This document shows, piece by piece, positions 1 to 13,903 of a DNA stretch of 64,000 bases (within the stretch, counting starts at the first letter, position 1; each line of letters starts with the position of its first letter). The stretch comes from Eledone cirrhosa. Lineage: Eukaryota. The position numbers and the translations under genes are program-made. The notes under the pieces were generated by a model. That model worked only from the letters and a program-made list of their open reading frames with translations, was not told where the DNA came from and ran no database searches. The stretch is from contig OZ024741.1 in assembly GCA_964016885.1 (NCBI GenBank), forward strand, positions 116,498,001 through 116,562,000, read 5' to 3'.

Positions 1-100
1 TATAGGAAATAATCTATAAAAATGTAGTCATGTTATATTTGACACGTTATATTAGCTAAGCGTGACATGGCCAAGATCAACCAGGAGTGAGAAGGCCATA

Positions 101-333
101 GAGATTAGCTGAACATGCTCACCATCATCCAGAGTTGACATTGCACTCTGTGCTCCTGTGGGAGCCCCTGCATGGACACACTGGAAGAGGCAGACCAAGG
201 TTAACGTATGTTGATGCCCTCAGGACAGACACTGGTCTGTTAGAGATGCAGGACATGGCAGCGATAATGAGGAACAGACACCGCTGGAGAGAACTCGTCC
301 ATGGATCTCGGGAATTTTACCTGCCCTAGATAG
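101..333 (+). mobile_element. 3' fragment of RTE-clade LINE family B
   Basis: Translation [33 protein letters not shown] closely matches the C-terminus of the full-length copy at 16273-19582; ends in TAGATAG followed by (TA)n. Confidence 0.9.
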
Positions 334-368
334 ATATATATATATATATGTGTGTGTGTGTGTTTAAA

Positions 369-861
369 TCTCTCTATAAAAAGTTCCTGTCTGTTTGTTT
401 GTTCATGAACTCCTCCTATGGTTTTGGAGACCCCCATAACCATATATATTCTGAAACTACTTTGCCCAGGGTACTTAGATAAGTATATTTCATTTTAATC
501 AAAGGGTTCCCGGGGCTCAAACCCTCGCTTGCCCCTGCTGTAAATGTTTTCCCTTCGATTTATATGAAATTTAAACCATAGGTAAATGACAAGATATGAT
601 GCCTATTCACAAAAGTTTTGAATTGATATTTTGAAAAAAATTATTTACAAGAAACAAAATAAGAATAAGATTTAATAATGTAATTTTGATTTGATATATT
701 ACAAAAAATAAAGTTTTCCAATTTTTCATGCATTACATTTTACATTGAATAATATTGAAATGCAGAGTTTTTCTCCATAAATTATATCACTGATTTAAAA
801 TCAATCATTTTCTTACAAAAAAAATGTGTGAAACACAGCAAGGCACGGGTAATTCGGCTAG
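369..861 (+). mobile_element. Non-autonomous Helitron
   Basis: A|TC 5' end (tctctctataaaaag), 3' CTAG|T end preceded by a degenerate hairpin (cacagcaaggcacgggt), no TSD. Confidence 0.65.
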
Positions 862-1295
862 TATATATATAAAGCTAATCAATTTGTATATATATATGTC
901 TGAATGGTTACTATGGATTATAAGTAATCTATACAATTACTCTCTTCAAAACATTCTCTCCCTTCTAAATTTTCAAAATGGTGATCACTACTTCCTAGAA
1001 AGAGGCTGGAGGAGATTTATGTCATGCAGCAGCTCTTTTTTTCACAGCTTATTCTTATTTATGTAATAACAGCCTTTTTATGGTTTTATCTCTCACATCT
1101 GACAGCTTCGCTAGAGCCAGGTCAGCCATGATTCAGTAAATCTGTATATGATCAAAAGCAATCTACCTGTGACTTTTTTTAGCTAGTGCATAGTATACCT
1201 AAAATTTGATTATTCAAAGTGTTACTTTTGATTTTTTTTAAAAAGATAGTAGAGTGTGGTTTGAAAGAAATTTGTTTAATATTTCTAGCATTTTA

Positions 1296-1585
1296 TGTGA
1301 CCACATAGTCTCCTTTGTTCATGTAAGAATCACTCCTTATTGGCTCCCGTGGCCATGTAAAATCTTCTCTCATTGGCTCCAGTGGCCATGTAAAGTTCTC
1401 TTCAATTAGCTTCATTGACAATGTAGTGTTTGTTCTATCTCATTGGCTCCTGTGATAATGTGTAAGAAGTGTTCCTTGTTGGCTCCAGTAACCACATAAG
1501 GTTTTCTCTTATTGGCTCCAGTGACCATGGAAGAAGCTCTCCCATTGATTCCAGTGGCCACATAAATTTCTCTCTCATTAGCTCA
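1296..1585. repeat. Degenerate ~35-40 bp minisatellite (attggctccagtggccatgtaa core)
   Basis: About 7 recognisable copies of ttattggctcc(a/c)gtg(g/a)ccat(g/a)taa. Confidence 0.8.
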
Positions 1586-1789
1586 TCTTCCATAATTTTC
1601 AGGTCAATAAATATAGTACTTATTCAGTCTTAAGGGTGATTTGTCCTCTATCTCTTTTTACCTCTTTCTCCTTTAGAAGAATTTGGCAGGGTTCTACTAG
1701 ATTTTAAAAAAATGCCCATGACATACCATCGTGTGTTAGGATGGCACCCCTATGACTTAACTAGACGTTAAGGGTTCTTTTGTTTTCCT

Positions 1790-3590
1790 TCCTTCTTTCT
1801 TTTCCATATTTACATAGATTGAATGTGTCTTCTCCAGTACAGAATTCCTTCAGCATCTTGAAATCTGCAGTTACCTTCTACTTGGAACTCCTGGCGCTTT
1901 TTTCACCCAACAGTCATTATCCATATGCATCACATGACTACCAGTGCAATCTTCTCTCTTGCATTCTGTATTTGATTCATTTTATGCCCAGCTTTTCATT
2001 TAACTTGTCTATGCTTTTTTGCTCATGCATACTAATGTTACACATCCAGTGGAGCATGTTCACCTCATTTCTTTCTAACCTTCACATCCTCTGTATGCAA
2101 TGCCCATATAACATTACATTTTGTAAGCAAGCAACATATAAACTACTTTTCAGTGGAAGAGAGAGAGAGAATTCTTTAGTTGCCAGCCTGAACAGTTTCC
2201 ACTCTGTTCTCATTTTGGCTACTATGCTTTTAGAACAGTCTTCTCCACTGCTAATTTTGTCTCCTAGATAACAGAAGCTATCAATTACTTCCATGGAGTT
2301 ACCCTTGGTTTAGAAAGAGTTTATTTCACTGGTTCTCCTGTTACTACTCCTGTGCATCTGCTACACATAAAATCTCTTTTCTGTGTTAACCTACATCTCT
2401 TATGCACCCAAAATTTACACAGGGTACACTATTTGGAGTTTCTACGTACTCCACTCTTTTTTCTGCAAATTGAGCATAGCCACTTCTCTGATGGCAACAT
2501 AATCCTGTCTTCTTTCTTACTAAGACTTTGGTCTTTACTCTGAATTCTTTTGATTCTATGTTTTGAACCATGCTTGAAATTTCTTCTGAATCTTCCACAG
2601 ATTTTACTATAAATATTAGGTCATCGGCATTAGAGAAGTTTCCATGGGCAGCCTGTTGCAAATTCCTCTTATGCTCTGGTGAACTAACACCTGCACTTTA
2701 AATTCCCCACTAAATTCTTTGCCTACCCTCTTGCTGATAGCACCACTGTACATGGTTTGCACTAATCTCACAAGTCATCTATCTGCTTTTTTTTGAAGGA
2801 CCATCATGCAGCAGATTGTGAGTAGTACTCTGTCAAAGGCCTTCTCCAGATTAACGAAAGCTAGATATAGTGACTAACACTTAGCTATGTATTTCTTTTG
2901 TAAACAAAAACCAAACTGAACCTTATCTTATCTGATTCTTTTCCTAATTAGTTGCTAAAACTCTTTCTGTTACTTTTATTACCTGATCCATCAGTTTTAT
3001 ATCTCTGTAGTTGATCTGTTCTTGAGCATCTATATCATTATATCAATTGATGCTTATACTGCTATGTCAGTCATTCGGTATGACACCATCATATATTACC
3101 TGATTTATTATACGAGTGATTAGCTTGAGCCCTATTTCACCAGATATTTTCAGGGTGTCAATGACTATCTCTCATGTTCTGACAGTTTTTTGCTTCTCTC
3201 TTGGGTCTACTCTAGGTAGTTTCACTTCTTTTCACTCATTCTCCACATTCAGCAACCTCTTATAGTAACATTTCCAAACCTCTTTTTTTCTGAGTGCCGG
3301 TGAGGCTAAGTGCACTGATGCTATTCTGAACACAATTTTCCCCCAACAACATCTTGATTCACACTAACACACTGCTTTGCTATCCAAAACACATCACACC
3401 TCTGATCCTCTCTTAGCAGAACATTAGCAAACCTCTTGTTTCCAGCTTCTCTCCATGCTATGTAAACTTGTTGTCTAGCATCTCTTTTAGCAACTTGATA
3501 TTGTTCTCTGCTGTCTCCTTTCTTTCTGTCTTTCCAAGCCTGTCTTTCTGCTTTAATAGCTCTGTCTACTGTACTATTAAATCACCATGG
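1790..3590 (-). mobile_element. Old degenerate RTE-clade LINE fragment (A/C-related)
   Basis: Broken frames with [16 protein letters not shown] and [13 protein letters not shown] motifs plus PHD remnants; many stops and frameshifts. Confidence 0.85.
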
Positions 3591-3684
3591 CACAATGGGC
3601 AAGTGCACCCTACTATAGCTTCAAACTGACCAGTGCCTCTGAAATTTGGTAATTTGAAATTGTGCAGAATCCTGTTATATATAT

Positions 3685-3995
3685 GGTTTAGGGGTTAGAG
3701 TGTTGGTCTTACAATTGTGAGTTCGATTCCCAGACTAGGTGGGGTGTTGTGTCCATGTGCAAGATACTTTTTCATGTTCCAGTTCACTCAGCTGTAGAAA
3801 TGAGTTTGGCTGTCACTGGCGCCAAGCTGTGTTGGCTTTTGCCCTTCCCTTGGATGACATCAGTGGTGTGGAGAAGGGTGACTGGTATGCATAAGAGACT
3901 GCTGGTCTTCCACAAAAACAGCTTGCTCCAGCTTGTATCTTGGGGGGGGGGGGTACTTTCTTGGTGTAAAATGCATGTCATTCGTAACTGGAGTG
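3685..3995 (+). mobile_element. tRNA-derived SINE (degenerate)
   Basis: B-box gagttcgattc; body caagatactttttcatgttccagttcactcagctgtagaaatgag shared with the SINE at 49593. Confidence 0.65.
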
Positions 3996-4502
3996 AGTCT
4001 TTATATATGTATGATATATATAATGTGTATATTTGTCTCTGCACATCATCTTCCTTGATACTGCTTGAGCTGTTGGTAACATTTGTTTATGTCCTGCAAC
4101 TCATCAGTTTGACAGATGAAGATTAGTGGAATTAATTATCCCACTTAACAAAACAAGTAAAGGCTGGCAACAAGAATAGCACCTGACCATAGAATATTGC
4201 CTAAAAAAACAAAACATTCATCCAGTGTATGCCAGCATGGAAAAGCAGATGCAAAGATATTATTTTTATGTGGGTGTGCATGTGTATAACTAGTTTTTTA
4301 TTATTGATGAACTTGGTTAGGTGTCAACAGCTTGACTAAAATTGTATGAAAGAACCACTAAAATATGTAAAATGAAAATAAACCATGGATCATCTTCGAT
4401 CTAATTTTAGAGTTTGCTGTTTGTTTTTACACTTCTAGGTTGCAGGTGTTGTAAAAATAATCTCATAATAAGATATCTTAGGGATTCACCTTATCATCTA
4501 TA

Positions 4503-5763
4503 CGAGTGGGGGATCAAAAAGTTTGCGGAATTTTTCAGAAAATAATCTATTTTTCAAAAAATACGATTTACCTTCAATTTATTTTTCTACAGTTGCCATC
4601 CAGGTCAATACACTTCACAAGGCGATGCTTCCAGCTTCGTAAGCCGTCTCTAAAGAAAGTTGAAGGCCTTGTTCGAAGCCATGTATTGGCAGTGTTTTTA
4701 GCTTCTTCAACACCATTAAAACGGGTTCCTTTTAGCATTTCTTTGAGTTTTGGAAAGAGGAAAAAGTCTGATGGCGCTAAATCTGGACTATAAGGCGGGT
4801 GAGGAAGCACTTCCCATCGAAATTCTCGAAGAACTTCTTTTGCAACCCGCGCAGAATGCGCTGGTGCATTGTCATGGTGAAACAATATCCCACCATCACG
4901 TTTCCCTTTTCGTTTCTTGACTAATGCCTCTTTCAGCTTCCTTAAAACATTTGCATAGTAAGCTCCTATCACAGTTCTTTGACCTTCAAGATAATCTATT
5001 AGTATCACCCCATCTGAATCCCAGAAAATGGTAGCCATCACTTTGATCCACGTGGAAGCCACTGTTTTGACTGCTGTTTGGATTCAGGATCATACTGGTA
5101 GATCTAGGTTTCATCTCCGGTGATGATTCTGGTCAGGAAATGCTCTTCATCAACTTCAATTTTGTTTAATATCGTCAAAGACAGATCACTTAGAAGAATC
5201 AGCTAATCAGGGCGCAACGCTTTTGGGACCCATCGCGCTGAAAGCTTGCTTAGTCTCAAATTATCGTGTAGAATTGAATTTGCTGAACCATATGAAATGT
5301 CTAGGGACTTAGCTAACTGATTAACTGTTATTCTGCGATCTTCTTCAATTAAAGTCTGAGCAGCCTCAATGTTTTGGTCATTTTTTGATGTTCCTGGTCT
5401 TCCACTGCGATGGTCGTCTTTCCCTTGTTTGAATCGCTGAATCCACTTGTAAACAGCAGTTTTCTTTGGAGCAGTAGTACTGTAAACTTTAACTAAAGCC
5501 TCCATAATCTGTGTCCCTTTCCATTTGAGTTTCACCAGAAACTTGATATTCGATCTTATTTCAAAATAACTATTTTCCATTGTTCCAAAAAGAGGTTTTT
5601 TAAAGAGTGTCAGTACTTTACAATATTCCGCGCATGACTGACTGCAAGTGACTAATAGCAAGGTAAACACCCAGTGACAATGTTCTGACATGTTTAATAT
5701 TGTTTTAACCTGATTTTTTTTCTTGCTACGATAAAATTCCGCAAACTTTTTGATCCCCCCTCG
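4503..5763 (-). mobile_element. Full-length mariner (DD34D, irritans/Hsmar2-like) transposon
   Basis: ~30 bp TIRs cgag(t)gggggatcaaaaagtttgcggaatttt with TA TSD at 4501-4502 and 5764-5765. Confidence 0.95.
4574..5580 (-). pseudogene. Mariner transposase, disrupted
   Basis: WVPK, ITGDET*IYQYDPE (Trp to stop) and HHDNAPAH..PYSPDLAPSD motifs; 34 residues between the 2nd and 3rd Asp; in-frame stops. Confidence 0.93.
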
Positions 5764-6562
5764 TATATATAAAACTGAGGATGTCTGTGTGTGTGTGTGA
5801 GTTTGAATCCCTAAAACTCGAGAAGCACCAAACCGACTGTTTTCAAACTTTACACATGTAATACTTATGTTTCAGGGAGTGTTCTGAGCAAAACAAATTT
5901 CAAATTTTCAATGCCCTAGGGACCGCATTAGGCAATTTAACGATCTCTCTCTATAATTCTTAGTCTTTCTCTTTTTAGATAGATACATACATATAACGTT
6001 GCGCCCTTATAATGTCTGTCTGTATGTCTGGCTGTCTGTATTACGTCACTTCCCTGAGGATGTCTGTGTGTGTGAGAGTTTGAATCCCTAAAACTCGAGA
6101 AGTACCCAACCGACTTTTTTCAAACTTTTCAGGGAGTGTTATGCACATAAAAAATTCAACTTTTTGATCCCCTAGGGCCCGCATTAGGTGAAAAACTGCG
6201 ATTTTTTTTTTTTTTTTTTTTTTTTTTTTCCAGGTTTTTAGGGTATTTTTGAAGCGTTACGTCAGACCGATTTCCTTGAAATTGTAACTATGTATTAGTC
6301 AGCCTCTTCTTCATACCGTGAGCAAAGAAAATCCAACTTTTTTATGTCCTAGGGCCCGCATTAGGTGAAAAACTTCATTTTTTGAGGCGTTACGTCTAGC
6401 CGATTTTCCCGAAATTTCAAGGCATATTATGCACATAAAAAAAATTCATTTTCTTGATCCCCTAGGATCCGCATTAGGTGAAAACCTGCATTTTTTCTGT
6501 TTCATCGAGGAAAATCTTAAAGATTATCCAGCCATCAGAGTATTCGTTTTATTTTCTTTACA

Positions 6563-7821
6563 TTCTGGGAAATGGTCCTGCTCGGTGTGTAGGAAAGGTG
6601 TAGGTAGAAACTCCATTTTATGTCCTAAATGCAAAGTATGGGTGCATAAAAGATGTAGTGGGATCACAGGTAAGCTAACTAAGAACATAGATTTTACATG
6701 TGGCCGGTGTTCTGGTGCAATAAGTAGCAGCAAGTGCCCACAAAATACTAGCTCTTTCAATTGCGCAGAGGGTTCTATAGAAATAGTGGACAGCTTCCGT
6801 TACCTGGGCGATAAAATCAGCAGTGGGGGAGGGTGCTCTGAAAGTACTGTAGCTAGAGTCAGAACTGGTTGGAAAAAGTTCAGAGAGCTTATACCACTAT
6901 TAGCTGCTAAAGGGTTCTCCCTAAAAATGAAAGGCAGGTTGTACGATGCCTGCATACGAACAGCAATGCTACATGGCAGTGAGACCTGGGCATTGTGTGC
7001 AGAGGATATACGCAGACTAGAGAGGAACGAAGCTTGCATGCTCCGCTGGATGTGTAACAGTAATATACGTGAACGGCAAAGCATAAACGAACTAAGGAAA
7101 AAATTAGAGATAAGAGGGATCAGATGTTGTTTACTCGAGAGAAGGCTACGTTGGTATGGACACGTGATGCGCATGAAAGTCGATAGCTGTATAACAAAGT
7201 GCAGGGCAATAAAGATAGACGGTAGTCACGGAATAGGCAGACCTAGAAAAACCTGGGACGAGCTGATAAACTCCGACATCGCACACTTACACCTCTCCAA
7301 GACAATGTCACTGGACCGAGACCTTTGGCGGTACTCAGTAACAGAGAAGACCCGCCTTACCTAAATATATAGTAAAACCTACTCCAGCCAGTAGGCATCT
7401 CTAACAAAATACATCCCGTCCCACCACCCCCACCCCATCCACACCACCCCGTTCTATGTAAAGTTATGTTGGTGCCGCGCCATCCAGGCCGAAACAAATG
7501 AGATCGTGTAGGTGTCACGACAAAAAAACACACAGTCCACGCTGTAATGTGGCCGTGTAGGCAACACGGTAAAAACCTCCCAGACCCACACTGTAAATGT
7601 GGTTGGTGTTAGGAAGGGCATCCAACTGTAGAAAACCTGCCAGACAGTCCTATGCGAGCAAGACAATCACTCTTGCCTCAAGTGGGACTACCCCCGTCCA
7701 AACCCATGCAAGCGTGGGACTACCCCCGTCCAAACCCATGCAAGCGTGGAACTACCCCCGTCCAAACCCATGCAAGCGTGGAACACGGACGTTAAACGTT
7801 GATGATGATGATGATGATGAT
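6563..7821 (+). mobile_element. RTE-clade LINE family A copy 1, 5'-truncated (PHD, RT C-terminus, 3' UTR, (GAT)n tail)
   Basis: Near-identical to copies at 8874, 23630 and 26848; reading frame ends KTRLT* at 7364; 32-bp triplication near the tail. Confidence 0.95.
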
Positions 7822-8094
7822 TGTCCAGGCATGCAGTTTTTCCACGGTTAGGTCTGTTGGCAGCCCACGTTCCAAAATATCTTTTCCCGGGCAACGCCGG
7901 GTACCACTGCTAGTATCATATATAATTAGCATATATTGGAAGTGGCACTATTATAAATAAACATAACATATATGCTTTCATATCAACCCCTTTTAACCAG
8001 GATTTAGGAAGCAGTACACCATATATACACTTGTATAAGTTACACTTCCATTTTACATACAACATTTACAATGTATCATATATTTTAAACTGAG

Positions 8095-8725
8095 TTATGT
8101 AGGTCATCCTCTCAAGGAAACCTGCACAGTCCACTCTACATGTGAGTGGAGTTCCATTGAAGCAGGTGGAGAAGTTCAAGATTCTTGGGGTTGTTTTCAC
8201 AAGGCATGAGACTGATTTAAGTGCAAAAATTGCAGCAGCTGGTGTATCAATGACCCAGCTTCAGCATTTGATCATCAGAAGGGAGTGTAAATACCAAACT
8301 TGCTATCTTCAATTCGGTATTCATGCCATCCCTTACCTATAGTCATGAATCGTGGGTAATAACTGAAAAAATATGATCGCAAATACAAACAACTCTAATG
8401 GAATTCCTCTGAAGGGTCTTTAGAGTAACATTATTCAAGATGTGGAGATCAGGGAGTCGATCCAGGTAGAACTGTTGCTTCTCCGAATTGAGAGATCACA
8501 GCTTTGATACTATGGACATGTGGTTAGAATGTCTAAGGAAAGAATCACTGGTCAGATTTTACGGACAAAACCAACAGGCAGAAGATCCCCAAGCATGATG
8601 GTTGGATAACATCAACAAGTTCGACTGGTCTCGCTTGAGGATCCAACCGCATCAATTGGAGACAGTTGCTTCTGATAGGACCTGCTGGAAGGCATCTTTT
8701 GAAGACTTTGCCCCCACAAATAAGT
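8095..8725 (+). mobile_element. Degenerate RTE-type LINE 3' fragment, different family
   Basis: LKQVEKFKILGVVF, LTYSHESW and YGHVVRM remnants. Confidence 0.7.
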
Positions 8726-8873
8726 GGGCAAAAAATAAGGTTCAGTAGATAAGTCATATGCTGATTTTTCGCGTATTTTCATGAAAATCTTTTGCCCACT
8801 TATTTATATATATATATGTACCACTGGTAAATGGAATAATTGCCTTATGTTGTTTATTACATAACTATATATA

Positions 8874-9933
8874 TACATGTGGGCGGTGTTCTGGTGCAAT
8901 AAGTAGCAGCAAGTGCCCACAAAATACTAGCTCTTTCAATTGCGCAGAGGGTTCTATAGAAATAGTGGACAGCTTCCGTTACCTGGGCGATAAAATCAGC
9001 AGTGGGGGAGGGTGCTCTGAAAGTACTGTAGCTAGAGTCAGAACTGGTTGGAAAAAGTTCAGAGAGCTTATACCACTATTAGCTGCTAAAAGGTTCTCCC
9101 TAAAAATGAAAGGCAGGTTGTACGATGCCTGCATACGAACAGCAATGCTGCATGGCAGTGAGACCTGGGCATTGTGTGCAGAGGATATACGCAGACTAGA
9201 GAGGAACGAAGCTTGCATGCTCCGCTGGATGTGTAACAGTAATATACGTGAACGGCAAAGCATAAACGAACTAAGGAAAAAATTAGAGATAAGAGGGATC
9301 AGATGTTGTTTACTCGAGAGAAGGCTACGTTGGTATGGACACGTGATGCGCATGAAAGTCGATAGCTGTATAACAAAGTGCAGGGCAATAAAGATAGACG
9401 GTAGTCACGGAATAGGCAGACCTAGAAAAACCTGGGACGAGCTGATAAACTCCGACATCACACACTTACACCTCTCCAAGACAATGTCACTGGACCGAGA
9501 CCTTTGGCGGTACTCAGTAACAGAGAAGACCCGCCTTACCTAAATATATAGTAAAACCTACTCCAGCCAGTAGGCATCTCTAACAAAATACACCCCGTCC
9601 CACCACCACCACCCCCACCCCATCCACACCACCCCGTTCTATGTAAAGTTATGTTGGTGCCGCGCCATCCAGGCCGAAACAAATGAGATCGTGTAGGTGT
9701 CACGACAAAAAAACACACAGTCCACGCTGTAATGTGGCCGTGTAGGCAACACAGTAAAAACCTCCCAGACCCACACTGTAAATGTGGTTGGTGTTAGGAA
9801 GGGCATCCAACTGTAGAAAACCTGCCAGACAGTCCTATACGAGCAAGACAATCACTCTTGCCTCAAGTGGGACTACCCCCGTCCAAACCCATGCAAGCGT
9901 GGAACACGGACGTTAAACGTTGATGATGATGAT
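8874..9933 (+). mobile_element. RTE-clade LINE family A copy 2, 5'-truncated
   Basis: Near-identical to copy 1; (GAT)n tail; tacatgt microhomology at the 5' junction. Confidence 0.95.
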
Positions 9934-11189
9934 ATATATCTAAAATAAACATATGAAGCAATCACAGGGAATAATTTGTAAAGTGTGTAAGCACACACAG
10001 CTAGGTAGGTAACTGATTAAAGTTTAACTAGAACTTTAAATATAGATACCTTTTAAAATAATTAATCTTCCTTGTATATATTTCATTGAAGAAATATATT
10101 TCACCATCAATCGATCGGTAAATCACAGTAGTCAAATCCTGGATTTTCAACAAGAGAGAAGATTTAACTATCTGTGTTTACACAGCAAATGCAAAACTAT
10201 TAGCACGTGTTGTATTTTTTAAAAATACACACATCGTACCAGCATCATCCCAGTGGCGTGAATAGGGTTGACAACTAGAAATAGCAGCCAAGTCCTTTCA
10301 ACTGAGTTAGCTCTACAATTAAGGGGCCGTATATATATCCAAAATTAAATTAAGGGTGTCGTGTCCGAAAGACGTGCCATATCCACTGTAGAATATGCTC
10401 AGAGATTCCAACCTTTTACATACATATATATATATCTAAACCACATATTGAAATGCGACAGTTTATATGTATATATATATAAACATCATCAAATGTTGCA
10501 TATTCGATCTTATTTGTACTTGTATGTTTATGTATTTATGACTTAATCTTAATTATGTTTTACATTCATGTGTTTATATTTATATGTATGTAAATAATGA
10601 CATTGAAGTTTATGCTTTTTACGTCACCTTTTAATTTTGTGTCTATGCGATAATTATCTTTGGTTCATTTCACTTTTTTCTTTAATGGCTTGGGTAATAT
10701 TTTTCATGCTGTGTTGTATGGACTTGACTGTATGATGCACAGCATCACATCATCTATGTGGATAGTTTGGGAGTTTAAAGTTGAGAGACAATGGGAAAAG
10801 GTAGAGCACAGCCTATTATGTAATTGGGTTGTAGTCACTGCAGATAATATTAGAAACTATGTAATAAGACAGCTGCAGCTTGATAATGTCTGTTTTTCTC
10901 AATTGGTGGTTGTTGCGGTTCATGTTTGGTTAGCTAAGTTTGGGAAGGTAGGTGGTCTGCGTTCAGTTTGCCGAATTTGGAAAGTGTGTCACAGGCTGGT
11001 TTGGCAAGAGTCATGAGTGCAGCTTGGCATTCGGTTTAGGGTGTTTGTGCAGTGATTGGAGCAATAGTGGTCTTATTTACATATATATATGTGGACTGTC
11101 CAAGTATTGCTTTTATTGTAGGCCTTATTTTTCAGTGATATGATTTCCTTTTGAATAGTAATTGGGACATAGTATATTTTTGTCTTGAA

Positions 11190-11384
11190 CCCTTTAGCAT
11201 TTAAACTGGCTGTATATGGCCAGAATTCTCTCACCTCTTTCTGTTCAAACTGGCTGTAATTGGCCACGCATACTGATGTATTGTTCTCAAAATAAATAAT
11301 ATCAAAACCTCATAGATTCGATATTATGTGAGGTAAAGCCTTTACCGCGAAAATACAATATAGAGTTATGTAAATGATAAAGGG
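11190..11384. mobile_element. piggyBac-type MITE
   Basis: TIR CCCTTTAGCATTTA / TAAATGATAAAGGG with TTAA on the right; same family as 40663 and 46572. Confidence 0.8.
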
Positions 11385-13870
11385 TTAAAGCTTTTTATTT
11401 TTCATGTTTTCACGTGAATTAATCAGAGGAGTAAGTGAAGTGCCCATGACCTGTTTTAAGACCTCCAAAACTTGCGAGAGCACAAAAGGAAACTAAAATT
11501 TTGTAACAGAGTTGACTTCACTAAAAGGCCCCATGGGGCAAGTGGTGTTGTTAAACTGAATGATGTATGAAGTCCTATATTAATCTCTTCGGGGCTTTGA
11601 TAGTACTTGTAGCTGAGGAATACAAGGTAAATTTGGTCAAATCACAATAGTTAACATGCCTTGATATTTGCTGGAGACAGTTATAAGCTCCAACATAGGA
11701 TTTTCACATATTGTTCTAATGATGTTGCAGCTATTTTGTTCTGTATAATGCTTGCTTTTACCCCTATCCATGGACACTCCTATGCAAGTGAAATATGCTT
11801 CACTCGTTCATAGCCTTTCATGTATTTGAACATTATCCAATACATATACTGACCTTCTCCCTAGCAAAACATATTATTATGCTATAGGAGATAACATGAT
11901 AGTCTAATGTTTTGAAAGTCACCACATATCTCAATAGTGCATTCTCTCTGCTCATGAATAACCTACAGCTATCAATTATACAATCAACAATGCTTCCATT
12001 GGTTTTTCAATTGCTGATATTATCTACTGGTTACAACTCTTGGCAGAAGGAGCAACAGACATAACACAATACCCAGCCCAGGAATCGAACTTCCAACCAG
12101 ATGATTGTGAATCCAATCCCTAACCTCTGAGCCACGTGTCTTCACTATATATTCTAAAACTTATATACTCCCTATAAGTACTAATCTTTGCAATCTTTAA
12201 TGCTGTTTCATGCCGAATGTATATTTATAACAACCTCCATTGCATCTCAAAGGCTAGGCTTTCAGTCACAGCCTAAATATATTTCAGTTTTGAACAGTTG
12301 CTAACCCTCTCTTGTCATAAGTCTGTCCTACATATATCTACAATAGTACAGCTGTTACATAGGTTAACATAAAAAAAAAGCCATTTAGTTTAGACAAATT
12401 TTCACTCATTAACATAGTCCACCTATGAGTTTACTGACTACATCCTCCCCCTACCTTATCATTCTTACTATGACTTATTCCCACACAGACTTTGTTCTTT
12501 AAAACTCAAAACCTTCTAGAACACCTGCATATATCAATCTATAGAAGTTTAATACTTTCATAACCATATTCATGATAATTTGAAAAACAATGATAATATA
12601 TTAGTTTAATGCTTGATATAGCAGGATAAAACTCTTTTAGGAGTAATGCGTGCAGTTGACAGTGAAATAAATTGGTGAAAACTTTGGGTGCCTGGAAGAG
12701 TTTGTGTTTTAGATAATTGTTTCTTTAAAGTCAGCCTCACTTTGCATAATATCTTTATTTACGAACATGAAGCTAATGCCATTTATGTTTTGTTGGTAAA
12801 ATCAGAACATTTCTGATGTTGAGAGGATTTGATCACTTGATACATGTTGTAAACTAACTTTTGCTGTTATTTATTTTCTAGTACCACAGATTTCATTGCA
12901 AATGGACATCCTGTGACTTGTAGCTAAAAATATCACATGCATTTGATTTGATCATTTTCAAAGTGGTGATATAAATCAAGAAAATGTTTACAATTCTTGT
13001 ACTGAATACTGAATAGTACAACCATCTGCAAAGTAATGAATTTTGTTGATGCTATTAGAAATATTCTCTTTAATATACATGATTGCTCAGTTCTTTGAGG
13101 ACATTTGCATGAATTTAGTAAAAGACACATTATATTAGAGAAAAAAAGGACATGAATAATCTGGAAACTCTTGACACATCTACTCAATCAATCTGCCATT
13201 GGCATTGATCACTACTTCAATACAAGGTCTGAATTATATGGCGAACTTCAGAGATTGGGGGTATTGATTGACTTCCCTCTTGATGTTGCCTCATAGTAGT
13301 CCAATAGATTCAGATCTGGAGAGGTATGAGGTCTTATGTTGGGTTAAAGGAATAAACATTGTTGTTTCTGATTAAGATGAAGCGACAGTATATTTGAATT
13401 CATAGAAAAATGAGAAAAATCACCACTAGTATAGCTGTTAAAACAAGCCAAATGCTGTCAATGACAGTGATGGGCAAAAATGCCTCAGAACACAGACCAG
13501 TGGTTAGCAGAGAGAAAATCCATGAGGTGGGCGACAGTAATGATACCATGTTCATTGTAATAAGTACATTTCCATGTCCTCTAATTATATTTCTGATACA
13601 CTTGATTCACTTTATTGTTCTCATTATTGATTGTCATTAAAAGCAATTATGTTTTTAATTAAATTCTACCTTTGACAAAATTAGAATGTACACACACACA
13701 CACGCAAAAGTACAAAGTCCTATTAGGTTCCTGTTTGGAATGAAGATAAAGAAAAACGAAAGAAGTAAATAAATATCTCTAGGTATCAGACATAAGTCTT
13801 TCTTCAGGAAAGAGCAACAGTTTGGATTGATGAAGTTGGAAAAATGTAGATTGGAAGAAGAAAAAATGTA

Positions 13871-13903
<33 letters not shown>

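Larger units (their letters stand above)
4497..7913 (+). mobile_element. Non-autonomous Helitron hosting a nested mariner and an RTE LINE
   Basis: Removing the mariner restores the 5' end A|TCTATATATAAAACTGAGG; 3' hairpin cccgg-gcaacg-ccggg (7886-7901) then CTAG|T at 7910-7914; internal repeats of cctagggcccgcattaggtgaaaa. Confidence 0.8.

Noticed and set aside
1296-1585. CRISPR-like repeat array
   Set aside because: Eukaryotic context, degenerate units, no unique spacers or cas genes
4075-4120. Minus-strand CTGATGA motif (similar cases at ~40030 and ~50135)
   Set aside because: No valid stem II plus GAAA
6429-6562. N-terminus of the 311-aa ORF
   Set aside because: Chance read-through from Helitron sequence into the truncated LINE
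10600-13640. Second host gene or transposase in the 10.6-13.6 kb unique-looking DNA
   Set aside because: No recognisable protein motif or consistent exon chain; probably highly decayed repeats
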